In this document: in pieces, positions 18,215 through 31,599 of the stretch
Layout: every line of letters begins with the position of its first letter
Position numbering within the stretch: position 1 is the first letter of the stretch
NCBI RefSeq assembly: GCF_009914755.1
Contig: NC_060935.1
Direction: 5' to 3' (one strand)
DNA length: 64,000 bases
Source of the DNA: the human T2T-CHM13v2.0 reference genome, Homo sapiens
Notes under the pieces: model-generated
Database searches by the model: none
The model's input: the letters and a program-made list of their open reading frames with translations, nothing else
Told to the model about the DNA's origin: nothing
Position numbers and translations under genes: made by a program

Positions 18215-18470
18215 GGAGGCAGTAGAGTATAGTGGCTAAGATTATGGATTGTGGAGCTAGATTTCTCGGGTTCAGATCACAGCTTTGCTACTTACTAGCT
18301 GTGCGAACTTGGACCCATTTCTTATCTCTCCATTTTTCAGAGTTTAAGGAGCTTCCTCATCTGTAAAACAGCATAATAATAGTTGATTATTTCAGAGGGT
18401 TATTGCAAGTATTAAGCAAATTACCATGGGCAAAGCCCTTTAAACAGTGCCCAGCTATGTAAATGTTAAC
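18215..18470 (+). mobile_element. MIR SINE, near full length
   Basis: gtatagtggctaaga...gggttcagatcacagctttgctacttactagctgtg...cttcctcatctgtaaaa. Confidence 0.85.
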
Positions 18471-18724
18471 TGTCACCAGTTAAATTATCTAGATCATTGC
18501 CTATTGGCAAAGAATTCTGTACATCATCCATTGCATTCTTAGGAATGATCGCTCTACTTCGTGTTTAATAATCACAATTATTAAGCATTTACCGCACGTC
18601 AGATATTGTGCATACCCCAACTCTTCTAATACTTACAACAGCTCTCTACAAAGGAGAGTACTGAGATTAGAGAGAGTAATTAGTTCAAGATCACATAGCT
18701 AAGAAATAGTAGATTTATAATTCA

Positions 18725-19020
<296 letters not shown>

Positions 19021-20769
19021 AATTCAATCCAGGTCGACTCTGACCACCATATTTTAAATCAACAAGTTGTCCTATCTGTATTTGCCTCTAAAGAGTGAAA
19101 AGTAATGACAAATTTTGTATTCCATCTTTTTTTTATGATTGTCTTTAGTGTTCTATTCACTATTTTGAATGTGTGATGTAGGCAATGCTGAAAGTTAGGG
19201 AAGCCTTATGTTCATATAGCACTGCTCTAGACAGGTAGACTCAGGGCAGCATGCAGAGGGCATTCATTCTGGAGTCAATCTGCCTGTCACTGCCTCTCTT
19301 GATCCCATTACCGCTCAAAATCTCAGTGTCCTCATCAACAAAATGGGAATAATAGAAACTTACTTTGAAGGGCCTTTTCCGCCTTTAAATGAAGTAATAT
19401 ATGTTAAAGACCTGGGATAGGTTTGGCACTTAGTAAATGGTATGTTTTATAACTAGCAGCAATGGTTAACTCCTCAAGGATCTCAATGAGTTATCTTGGG
19501 GGAAGTAGAAGCTGATTAATAAAATAGGAAGATTTCACCAGCTGCAGTAATAGTCATAACGTCAGATCCATAAAAATGGTCTATCTACTTCTGTCTCCCA
19601 GTATTCATACATAAGCAGTCATTTGAAGCAAGACATTCTTCAAAGAATTCAACCTGTGAAAAAAGTCAGTAAAATCAGGTATCCACTATATCCAGTTTTT
19701 CCTAATGGTAGGATATTTTGCTTTGTTAAAGATAATTGCCTCAGCTTTCCAGGGCACTTCCAGTGTGCTTTTGTGGAGGTAGCCATGCTCTATATACTTG
19801 AAAAGAGCAACTAGGTTTTGTTAGATAATTCCTTATTTTCTTCATGTCACCTGTTAACTCCAGGCTTGATTCAGCCCCGTCCACAGTGTAGACTCTACGT
19901 AGCAGTAATGGAGAAGGTTGTTAGTTACCTAATAATGATGAAACGCTGGATAATTTACCCAGAATAAAAAGCTTGCTCTTTTCTGGATGATCTGGTTAAT
20001 TATTTGGTTAAATTAGGTTAAAACCTTTTCTGTCGGGGTCTCTAATTATCTGGAAAACCAGGTAACTGTGTCCTTTTAAGAGCTTTTAGACTTGAATTAT
20101 TCATCGACATAACCCAGCATCCCGGGAAGATTCCCAATTCTTCACCTGCCTTTTTGTGCATAGATTTGGGTTGAGACTCTTGAGCTGTTCTATTTACAGC
20201 TGCTTGTAGATGCAAAATATTCAAACCATCTCCTTTTTTTTTTTTCCTTTACAAAAGAGAGAACCAACTTTGAGCTGTGAAGATGCTGGTGCTCAGCTTG
20301 GAAGATTGGTAGCAAATTTTCCCGAGAGACACAAACAAACACATACATAACTTGAATATCAATGAGGTCTTTTTAGAGGCGACGCATTAAAATGCAAGGC
20401 AGGAGATAATGAGATAAGCAGCAAGTTACAGGTTTCTTAATTCTAGCGTGAAAAGAGAGAGGGAAAAAAATAAAAAGAACAGAAAACCCCCCAAAGTAGC
20501 TCAGCACAAGAATCTACTGAGCTTGGTATTAGGCTTGTTTGCGGAGGGTGTTAGGGGGCGTTTTCTGTAGTGACCTCAGTGACACAAATAGAACTGGAAA
20601 GAATTATCTTGGAGGTGACAGGAAAGATATTAAAACCAGGCCAAAAATTTTTTCTCAGCTCCAGCCTTACAGCTATTTCCTACTTCCACTAGTATATATA
20701 TCTCTTCTGGTTATGGCTCAACTCTTTCCTGACTATTCTGAAGAAAAAAAAATGGTTCCCGTTTCTTGA

Positions 20770-20950
20770 GAGCAGACCGGTACCAGACATTGTACTAGGT
20801 GCTTTGATCTCTTTTAACCCTTACAGCAATCCTGTTGGTTGATGTTTTTGTCCTCTTGTGACAACTGAGGAGACTAAGGTTCGAGGATTACTACTTAAGG
20901 AATAAGACCCAATTTGCTCAGACTCCAGAGGTAGGCTCTTAGCACAGCTG
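20770..20950 (-). mobile_element. MIR SINE
   Basis: ccagacattgtactaggtgcttt...caactgaggagactaagg. Confidence 0.65.
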
Positions 20951-21044
20951 CCTTCTGGATGAACAAAGTTATGCCCAGACAAGTGATTTATCTGCCATGC
21001 TTCAGTGTGGCATGGGAAAGACATAGAACAAGAATGAGTCTGGG

Positions 21045-21260
21045 GCTGCTTAGTGAAGATGTATTTGAAAGAGAATATCACTTGGAGTCAGAAAATCTGG
21101 GTACCAGGCTTGCTTCTGCCTCTCACTGTGTGGCTCTGGGTGAGTTCCTTAACTTCTCTGATTCAGTTTCTTCCTTGGTAAAACTGAGATATAAATACCT
21201 ATTTTTCAGCAGTGTTTTGAGACTTAAGTAATATATGTATATGTGTGAAAGTGAGGAAGT
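21045..21260 (+). mobile_element. MIR SINE
   Basis: ttggagtcagaaaatctggg...ttaacttctctgattcagtttcttcc. Confidence 0.75.
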
Positions 21261-21339
21261 AGTCAATACATGTTAAAAAACAAAAACAAAAAGCCAGACC
21301 CACACTCCAGGAGGAAATCAGGACAAATACCTACTTTTT

Positions 21340-22030
21340 TTTTTTTTTTGCTTCCTCCCTACTCTTGCTGTCACCACCTTCATTTAGGCTTCATCTTTTG
21401 TCACTTGGACTTTTGCAACGTTCTGTGTCTGTCAGCATCACCTGCTCCCATGCTTTATCTCTTTCAAGGCATCTTCCCATCTTCTAACAAGACAGAATTC
21501 TAAAACTAAAGTATTATATAATCACGTGACTCCCCAGCTTAAGATCCTCCAGTGGCACCTCATGGACCCTGGTGGCTTAAGATCCTCCAATGGCGCCTCA
21601 CGGACCCTGGGACAAAATCCAAATTTCTCACTGCAATGTGGATCTGTAGTTGTTCTTAAGGATATGCCTTCTGCCTCCTTTATTAGCCCCTGGTCATAAC
21701 AGGTTGTCCTCTGCCTGCCCACTGGATTGAGCTACTTGCAATCTGATAATGACTTCTCATCCTTTCTAACTTCAGGCCTTTGTACATGCTGTGCCTTCTT
21801 TTTGGAATGCCCCTCAGCTCAAACACTCCCTCTGCTCTGAAGCCTTCTCTGATTTTGATAGCCAGAAATAGCCACATTTTTGATACCACAGCTAAAAATT
21901 TACCAAATCGTGGCAGTGATTTCCTTGTCTGTGTCTCATCTGCTAGATTGGGAACTCCTGGAAGGCAAGACCAGGGTGATTTATCTTGAGCACCAAGCAT
22001 GATGCTTCATATGTGTCAGTGATTCACAAA
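21340..22030 (+). mobile_element. L2 LINE 3' fragment
   Basis: cttcaggcctttgtacatgctgtgccttctttttggaatgccc...ctagattgggaactcctggaaggcaaga. Confidence 0.75.
21537..21610 (+). repeat. 38-bp tandem duplication
   Basis: gcttaagatcctccaRtggcRcctcaYggaccctgg twice. Confidence 0.92.
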
Positions 22031-23216
22031 GCACTGCGGGTGGGAATGGGTGATCCACCCATCAGGAGGCTGCTGCAATTGTCCAGGGAAGAAAGTTCCC
22101 CAAGAATGGAGGACCTGAACCAGGGCAGCGGCAATGGAGATGAAAAGGGAGATATAGGTTAAAGAGATTTAGGAGATTATTTAACTATAGAAACAATTGT
22201 GTGCCAAGTTCAAGGTAGAGAGAAGAATCCAGCACGGTGTTTGACAGTGAGTCAGGCAGGAGAGCAGGATATTTTCAACTGTAACACCATCTATTTGTCA
22301 TTCAGAAAAGGAGAAAACTAACTGCTTAAGTATAGGTCGTGCCCAAGCTGATCTGAATGATTCAGAACTAACAGTTATAGCAACAGGTCATGAAGATGGT
22401 CATGTAGAAACTAGAGGTCTTCAGTCAACTCATGGGTGAGCCCGATCCTTTATAGCAGAGGAAGGAGAGGGGGCTCAGAGGGATTTGTGTTCCCTACCTA
22501 GACAGAAAGATTCCTGCCCTTATCATGGCTGAAATGACAAAGAGAGTGATTGCTCTATTGTTCTATTGTCCAGTGTCAAGATGAAGTTCCTGTATCTGGA
22601 TGATTTGATCCAAACCTCCTTCAGCTTTTCTCTCCAAATATTTGGCAATTCTGGGAAGGGCAAGTTTTATTTATTTACTATTTTTATGTTTATTTCTTGA
22701 GGGCGCATGGCTATACTTAGATGGGTGGTGCTTAACAGGGAGTAGCACTTCCTACATCTTTGATCAACCTGATATTTTCCATTTGAAAGACTTTCAACCT
22801 CCACATTTCATTTACAGATGACAAAAATGAAGTTCCAAAATTCAAACAGACTTTTCTCCATTGACACTAGTGTCAGAAACAGACATTGCCAGACCTAGCT
22901 TACCTGTCATTCAGCTCTGGTACATTTTTCACTGTTCCCTGTTAGCCTCCAGTCTTCATAATCAAATGTTTCAAAGACCAGATAGTTAAAATAGTTGGGT
23001 ACTCCAGAAATTTAACTCCAACAGTTAAAATAGTTGGGTACATTTTTTTGAGGTTTCAGCTACACACCTTGGTTTAGAAGACAAGTCTTGGTCTCAGGAC
23101 CTGAAGATTTTATAAATTTCAGTTTCAAGAAGAAACTATTTTGCACCCATATTTCTTACACGTTGTTTGGGGACAGGGAGAAGGCTGGACATGGCTTAGA
23201 CATAGTTGAGTTTAAA

Positions 23217-23392
23217 GCAGTGGGTTTTACGCTGACTACATCTTAGAATCACCTCAGTGCTTAAAAAATACAGATGCCTTGGTCTCATTCCCAGAGTTTC
23301 CAATTTAATTGGTCTGGGGTGCAGTGTGGGCACTGGGATTTCTGCAAGATCCTCATGTATTCCCAGTGTACAGCCAAGGCTGGGAACCCTCT
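23217..23392. mobile_element. MER5A/B hAT MITE
   Basis: cagtgg...ttagaatcacct...aaatacagatgcc...ttaattggtctggggtg...cagccaaggctgggaacc. Confidence 0.8.
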
Positions 23393-24829
23393 CTTGAACG
23401 CCTTGGCTTCCATGAGCTTTAAATGGTTCATAAGAGCTGTTAGCTTCACCTTGTACAGGTGACTGTTCTGAGGCTTTGGCGAGGAAATCAGAATGAGAAC
23501 AAAGAGAAGCAAAGTTAAGATGTAAGAAAGTATGCAGAATAATGGCTCATTATTCACCAAACCCAGTAAAGGCGGGAGAAGATATTTTCATTTCTGCCAA
23601 AGGCCATATGTGAGTGCCTGTGGGGAAAGCATATCCTTAGCTTTGTGACTGAACCAATAATTCATATCTGATTCAGAAGCTGACTTTGTTGGATTTCAGC
23701 TCTACAGCTGTTCTCAGTCTAAGTCCAGCCTCTCCCAATGGGACTGATTGTAGCAACACGTCTCATTTATAGAACTCATATGCAGGGGCCTGGAGACCCC
23801 AAACTGTAAATTAAAACCTTGTGTATATGACTTTGGTGAATTCAATTCAAAGGCATTTTGGCTTCTCCAAATAGTCCATTTTCACTAGAAAGGGGAGGGG
23901 AAAACACAATGGAAAGGAAATAGATCTTTTATATTCATCCTTCCTATTTCTGGTAGGAGGTCTTGAGACAAAGGTAGTAATGAAATAAATTCTAATAAAA
24001 TGTCAAGGCTTTGGTGGGCCTTGGTGGGGGCATGTGCAGAGGGGAGGAGAGGAGAGGGAGAGCAAGCAGACAGGGAAATGAGAAGTATAGGATTCCAGAG
24101 CCTGAGTGTTAGGGCTAAAGTTCCTTAGAGTGTATCTTCTGCTAGAAAACCTCATCAAGATTTATTTATTATGAGAGGCTTTTTCCAAGTTGACAGTGGG
24201 AAAAGAAATGGAGAAGCAGAGAGGGGAAACGTTTTGACCAAAGTCACACCAGGTATCAGCAGCAGCAGTGGAACGAGAAGTTCTGCATCTGGGTTCATAA
24301 CCCAGTGTCCCCTCTCATCATATTGCCTTGAAGATCTGAGAGGGGTGTCAAAGGAGGCCCACGAGGGAAGCAGGTGTTCTAGGTACTGCGCTCCGGGACA
24401 GAGGAAGGCTGTGAATCTGAGAACATTTGCAGGAGCGTCAGGCCAAGAGATTTCTCCTTACTTTGCCCCAGAGAAGATAAGGCAAGGGCTCAAGGATGAT
24501 TAAAAACTGAGGATAGATGTGGGAGACATTTTAGAGGGAGAATCAGTAAGACCTGTGACTGACTCGATTTGGAAGAAGAGGAAAAAGAACAATGAATCAG
24601 GGCACACAGACTTCTTCTAGAAACGCTCTGTTTGATCATCAAGGACCTGGTGTTCTCTGTTCATCCCACAGAACATCATTTCATTTTCATTAATTTCTCA
24701 TTCATATGAGCACATCAGGGTGAACTATGAGTAAGGCAAAGAACACACAGCTACAGGGACAAAGAAGAGTGAAGAGCTGGCCATGGGATCCAGATTTGAT
24801 GAGAGTGGGCAGCCCACCCAGCTGAATTC

Positions 24830-25560
24830 ACTCAACAGACAACAGATGCTCCTGAGCCCCTTCTTTGTGCCAGGTCCTGAGGATGCAGAGATAAATGAGA
24901 CCCAGCCTCCACCTCTGCAGGACCTCAGGGCAGTGAGATTAAAGATACATGTCAGCAAGTAATTGTGATCCTCCTGTGCGAGGAAGCTGAGGAAGGAGCC
25001 AGAGTGTAGGGTGCGAGCCATGGTGGGAGAAGCTTCCCAGAAGTAACTTGGAAACTGGTTTTTGGGGGGTGAGTGGGAGTGTGAGGAGGAGGTAGCAAAG
25101 CACAGGCGCGGTACGGACACTGGGACAAGGTGTGAAAAGACACCCTTGAGTGGGGGGCGTGGTGACCAGTTGGACTGATGTGTCTAGAGGGTAGGATGTG
25201 GGGGGTCATAGGGAGAAATAAAACCGGAAAGGTGGTTTAAGACCAAATTAGGAAGCCATGTCTAGGAGTACAGCCTTCATCCTTAAGGGTATAGGGTGGG
25301 ATGAGGGTTTTTCATGACTTAGTAAGCCAAGGAGGGACACACTCAGATAGGAGTATTATGAAGTCATTGTCTACCCTGAAAGGATGTGTTAAAGAAGGGG
25401 AAAGGCTAGAGGGGCAGAGATAAGGTAAGAGGCCTTTGTAACAGCCCAGATAGAAGGATGATCTAGAAATGGGGATAGATGTGGGAGAGATTTTAGAGGG
25501 AGACCCATTAAGACCTGAGACTGACTGGATTTTGGAGAAGAGGGAAAGGACAGGGACAGG
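24830..25560 (-). mobile_element. L2 LINE fragment
   Basis: attcactcaacagacaa...tgtgccaggtcctgaggatgcagagataaatgagacccagcctcc (antisense L2 3' end). Confidence 0.7.
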
Positions 25561-26586
25561 AGATAATAATCTCTCACTTTTTTGCCTTTTATGTTTCCTT
25601 GTTTAGTTTGTTTACTCCAATTATTTAGATAATGTCTTCAATTCTGTGGATATCCTTGACTGTACTGGTAAACGCAAATATTGTCTTCCTGTCAATATTA
25701 TTTAAAAATCCAGGGATCACACTATTCCTTTTCCTCATCCTACTGTAACCACTGTCATTACTATTACTGATGTCACTACAGGTGTGCTGTTTTGGGAGAT
25801 AAGACATTTATATTCCAAATACATAAGCCCAAAACAATGTTCTATCCTGCTCTTTCTAGCCACCCCTTACTCCCACCCTATGTAACTGGAATTAATTTCT
25901 TAAACACACATTTAAAAAGAGCTTACTGTATACAAAGTGCCATGCCAAGTTCAAGGAAGTTATCCAAGAGCCAAAATGCAAGGCACCATGAGTGTTCCAG
26001 GAGTTCAGACAACGGGAACACTCTGGGGACTGTGGCATCAGGAATGGCCCTGCAGTGGAGGCAGCAACTAAAATTTGAGTCCTGGTGAAAGGAGACAGTT
26101 TGAACCATGAGAGAAATGGAAAGCCAAAGGGGCAAGAGAGAGAGCTTGAGCAAAGATGCAGATGGGACATGTCTCTGACACAGTGCGAGGCAATGGCGGG
26201 CCAATGGTGAACCACATTTGGGAGAGGGAAAGGGACTGAATAGTGCTATGGGCTCTGACATGCTCTCCAAGCATGTTACGCATTGTAGTGTTTGGACTGA
26301 GCCATCTGCTCCTTGTTCTGAATGACATGACCCTCTGACCCACACTGTGTACAAGTGGGATGATTGGATGGGATTGTATAGCTTCCTTCATCCAGCAAAT
26401 TGTGATAGTTAACTGCTTTTTCGTCTGTGGATGAATGAACAGAAGATTGAAGTTCTGAATTTGGTCATGCTACCACCTTGCTCTAACCAACTCAAATACG
26501 CCTCATAATCCCCTCATGCCACTTTTGCCTGGGATCCAGCACATCCTCATAAATAGAGTTTTCTGACATAGGTGTAGCTAAGTGAA

Positions 26587-26888
<302 letters not shown>

Positions 26889-28809
26889 TGTGAATGGTTT
26901 TAAAATGAGTCACATCTTGTGTTTTTGCCCTCTTTATCTCTGCTCCCATGTTTCCCACTTGGAATTTAGTTTACCATCTACAGCGTAACATACGATTGCC
27001 CCAAGTAGGGAATACCATGCTTGGCAAATATATTCTCTTCTTGTAAGACATCTTGCAGTTTATTGGATGAGGCAAATGTGAATGAGAATGATGTGGCAAA
27101 GAAGTGCATGAGGATCCTGGTGGTTCTTGATTATGGGTGGCCAACAGACTCCAAATTGAATCTCTATGAGACAGTAGTATTCATGGACTTCTTTCCAAAT
27201 CTACCCCGTGTCCTGATGTAGCAACATCTGACCTCAGCTGGCCCCAGACAGTAGACCACATGAAAGGGTGATTTGCTAATCCCACCTCATCATGCCTTCA
27301 CTTGGATCTAGGTAGGAGCTTGGGTCTGCTGCAAGGCTTTTATCTGCTTCTTCATGCTCATTCTACTCACCATCTAAGACTAGACCCAGAGTCTCTTCTG
27401 TCCACATCACTCCAGCTGGCTGAGATTGTTATCCATTTTAAAGTCATAAATCTCATTGTCTGTACCTCTCACTTGCAAATAGCTCCATATTATCTTGCCA
27501 AACGACTTGTAGTGTTATCATTTCTATAATTTAATCATTATGCTGTTACTGGAATTTGATGTGTTTATGCTTTATTCCTCTAAATAGGTTGCAAGCTCCT
27601 TTATGAGCATGGGTCAGATGCAATGCTTCATTGTATAATAATGACACTTTACATTTCTCTGGCATTTAGAGCTTATAAATCCCTTCCACATACATTACCA
27701 TATTCAAGCTTCACAATAATTCTGTCAGGTTGGAAGAGCCAGTATTATTAGTATCCAAATTGGGAGTAAGAAGTATTTAATGATTTGCTTAAAGTTACAC
27801 TGTACCATGTTTTCCACGGACTGGGGACATTGGAGGTGCTCAATAAGTGTCATTGATTCATCTGTACATTTATTCCTAGCTCAGTTCCACGGCCAGCATG
27901 ATAATTTAAGCAATAGCATTTGTGTTTTGGGGAGATGATTGGTTGTAAAGATATCCTAAAAGCATTGGTTTCATATGCAACCTTCTTATTCACCCTGTTT
28001 GAGATGCATTTGGTGAATCAGGACAATGCAGATGATAAATCAGACTTTTCACACCAGCTTCTCCCTCCTATCTTTTTCCAAAGTACTTCAGAGACTCCCT
28101 TTGCTGCTTCACCTCTCCCTTTCACACTGCCTATAAAGACACAGGTGGGGGTAATGAAACTGTGGGTTTTAAAATTCTTCTTTCCAGATGTCATCTATTT
28201 AGTTCTTGCGATATTAGTTGGCAGCCATATTCAATTTTAGAAGTGTGAAGATTACTTGAAACCATATGACAGAACTGTTTTACTTATGGAACCAAATGTT
28301 GAAAAAGGCTTTGGTAGTAAAAGTGGTGCAACAAAAATGTAATTCCTAAAGAGGGATTTTATACCTTTTATATTTCCAGGAGTCTGTCAACCTGGAAGGA
28401 CAAAAGTACTGAGTACTTGTTAACATCCTCAGCATGTGTAGGGTCCTTTTTTATCCAAGTCTGTGCAGCACAAACTGAGTCAAAAGGCTCAGTAAATTAG
28501 CTGCTTCTTCCTGACTCCATCTCCTCTCTCTGCCTGCTTCTACTGCCTTGGCTCCTATTCTGTCCTCAGTGTACTTAGACTAAAGTAAAGTTTTCAATTT
28601 GTCTGAATTACCTGAAAAGTTGTAAGGATGAATGAGGTGTGAAAGCACTTTCAAAGTAGAGAATGGCTTTGATGACTCTAAATCCAATCTAAACAGAATC
28701 CTCTGTTCTCTGTAATCCAAGAAGAAAGAAGAAGATGACAGTGATTAAAATGAAATTGAGAATGAGGTAAAATAGAATTGGACTTCCAGGGTGTGTCCCC
28801 AGGTCACAG

Positions 28810-29050
28810 GCAGCTGTGGTGAAGGAAAAAATGCAATGGAGTTAGAAGGTTTGAAACCCAACTGTCACTTACTAGTGGTGTAACTGGGGATAATTCATCA
28901 GATCTCTTTGAGTGTTTGTCCTTATTGGTAAAATGCTGATAATAAGACTCATCTCATAGGGTGCCTGTGAAGAGCAGATGAGATAAACCACAGAGAAAAA
29001 GCTTTGTAAATGGAAAGGTGCTATACAAAGGTGAGGGATTACAGTTATTA
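28810..29050 (+). mobile_element. MIR SINE
   Basis: tgtcacttactagtggtgtaactggg...aaaatgctgataataagactcatctcataggg. Confidence 0.7.
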
Positions 29051-29919
29051 TTTAGAACAATATCTTATGCCTTTGGCATGTGCATTTATGGACGTATATT
29101 GTAGTATTTAATGTTTCAATGGATTATTAAGGCACCAAAATGTCTGCAGTAATTGAGCAAAGACTTAGGCCCATCATGTACTGATTTAGAAAGTGAATTA
29201 ATGCCCTCGGGAAAACATGCCCACCACTCCAAAGAGCACCCTTGCTCTTACCAGGAAGATCCCTTCTTGACCTGGCTTCCTCCCTACCTCTGGGCTTTGG
29301 TCCATCTTGTTCTTTGGCCTGGCTTGGATGAGGGGGCAGGAGGGTATCATCTTACTTTCTATTGTAATCCCGTCCATTCTGCAAGGCTCACTTTTCTTTT
29401 GTCCTTCTGTAAAGACTTTTTTTGAGCTCTCCAGGTGAAATTTTCTTTCCACAATTATTCCGCAAAACGTTATTGCTTTTGTTAGTCTGACATTTGCTTC
29501 TGTATTTCTGGGTTAATTGCTATAGATCTAATCTTCAGTTAGGGCTGGGACAGCACAGGGGACACGGTCTTATTTAACTTGGTATCCCCACTGCCTGGCA
29601 CAGGGTCTGCCTGACACCTGTTTGTGCTCCCGAAATGGTAGTTATTTGGAACCCCTGCAAGGTGTCTGGTCTGGTCTGGATGACAACAGCTGGCAGAGCC
29701 CTGAATTAAAGTATCTTATAGATCCTCAGAAAACACTTATTGGCTGATTGCTTGATTTTCAGCAAAGAGCTTTAGAAAGGGATTGCTAATTAATCTTTCT
29801 TGTCACAACAGTAAATCCACCAAAACATTTCCTTCCTCTGCGTATTCTGGCAACTCCAGATCTCAAAATACAAGAAGTCTTTTCATATTAATTTTTTATT
29901 TCTATGGATTTTTTTCCCC

Positions 29920-30480
29920 TGATTTTAAAAGTAGCAGATGCTCAATTTGGAAAACTTGGAAACTACAAAAAGTTTAAAGAAGAAAATAATAATAATACAA
30001 TATTGAAGTATTTTGTTCTATTTTTATGGGGTATGCAATTTTCAAGATTAAATTTTAACATGTAACTTAATGACACTTTTCACTTAATAGAACATCAAAG
30101 ACATTTTCCATGTCATTAAAAATTGTGAAAAAAAATTTTTTTAGTTAACTACATACTGTTCCATCATATGGATAGACCCTAATTTACTACACCATTACCT
30201 TGTACTGGTCATTTAGACTGGACCCAATTTTCCTTTATTATAAATTATTTGTACATGAGTATTTTTATTAAGAGAAGACTTTGTGTTTCAGATTTTTTTC
30301 TGGATATATAGTAATAGAAGAGGAATCACTAAGGTATGAATATTCTTAAGCTTATAGGTACATTTTTCCAAATCTATTTCCAGAAATATTATACCAATTA
30401 TATATATTTTCATTAATGGATGAGTGCCAATTTCACTGTACTCATTCTATATTTTATTACTTAAACTGCTTTGCTGAGTT
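29920..30480 (-). mobile_element. Old L1ME/L1MC 3' fragment
   Basis: ttttcacttaat...acattttccatgtcatt...ttccatcatatggatag...ggtcatttagact. Confidence 0.6.
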
Positions 30481-30992
30481 TATTTGTTTTTTAAAGAGGG
30501 TACTCTTGGATAATCTCATTTTAATAAATGATATTTAATGTTAATTTATTTTTAGATAAATTTTTGGTGAAATTATAGATGATATCTTCTCAACTGATGA
30601 TCTAGTGCTATTAATATAATCCTGATGAGTATGGCATTAATTTTAAATAACGTGTGAATTCATACCCCTTTTATCCAAAAAACTTTAATAAATGGCTATA
30701 AGTGGTACACAAGTGTGAGCTACTGTTGTTGTTTTTGTTGTTATTTCCAAGGAAACAAAATGTAGGCAACAGACTTGTCTACGATAAGTATACTCTAGCA
30801 AATTAGGAAGAAAATAGTAGACCATAGTAATGTAAGGAATTATATTAAAATTGAAGAATTAATTCAAGCATACATTAAAAATGGAAGATGAGAATCCAGT
30901 TAATTGTGTTACTAAATATTGTTAATTTTTTTCTGGAAGTAAATTAAAAGTTCAACACCAAAAAGGTATGTATAGATACTTTATATATATAA

Positions 30993-31191
30993 AATGATGT
31001 AAAAGCTCTTAGAAGCAAGTCAAATATTAATTAACATATTTCTATATAAATATTATATTATAGATTACATATAAATATATAAAACTAATATGTAAAATGC
31101 TTTTAATAGAATATATAATTATGTAGTAATGTATAACAATATTACACATATATAATTATATTTGACTTGCTTCTAAAACTTTTACATCATT
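30993..31191. repeat. ~35-bp inverted repeat flanking a ~130-bp AT-rich spacer
   Basis: aatgatgtaaaagctcttagaagcaagtcaaatat (30993-31027) versus atatttgacttgcttctaaaacttttacatcatt (31158-31191). Confidence 0.9.
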
Positions 31192-31329
31192 GTTTTATTT
31201 TTTCCAAATAAGATGGGACAAATGCTTTCAGAATGCATATCTTCATGGAAAAATGCCTTGAAAGGGAAAATTACTAAATTTATAACACAAACACATTAGA
31301 AGTGATCAGAATAGCAATGTGGAATCATA

Positions 31330-31520
31330 GTCATTATGAGCTTGAAGGGATTTAGAGATAGTATAGTCTAACCCTTCTTTGCATAGATGAGGAAACTGAG
31401 GTCTGTTGTAGTTAAAACTGTTGATCTAAGGGAAGACAGCAGAGCGGTACCAGAAAGAAGTCTGATACACAGGGCTCTGTGTTCCTGCTGCAGTGCATTT
31501 TCTACTTAATCACTCTCTTC
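31330..31520 (-). mobile_element. MIR (MIR3-like) SINE
   Basis: gcttgaagggatttagagatagtatagtctaaccc...atagatgaggaaactgagg. Confidence 0.75.
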
Positions 31521-31599
31521 TCAAAAAGTTATTTTATTAGAAGATGATATTGTGCAAGAATTTGTGAACTCTTCTTTTTATCTGCTACCCCAAAATCTT

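Noticed and set aside
27881-27900. tcagttccacggccagcatg, resembling an RE1/NRSE (REST) site
   Set aside because: About six mismatches, including the core CA and the GGAC position; likely chance.
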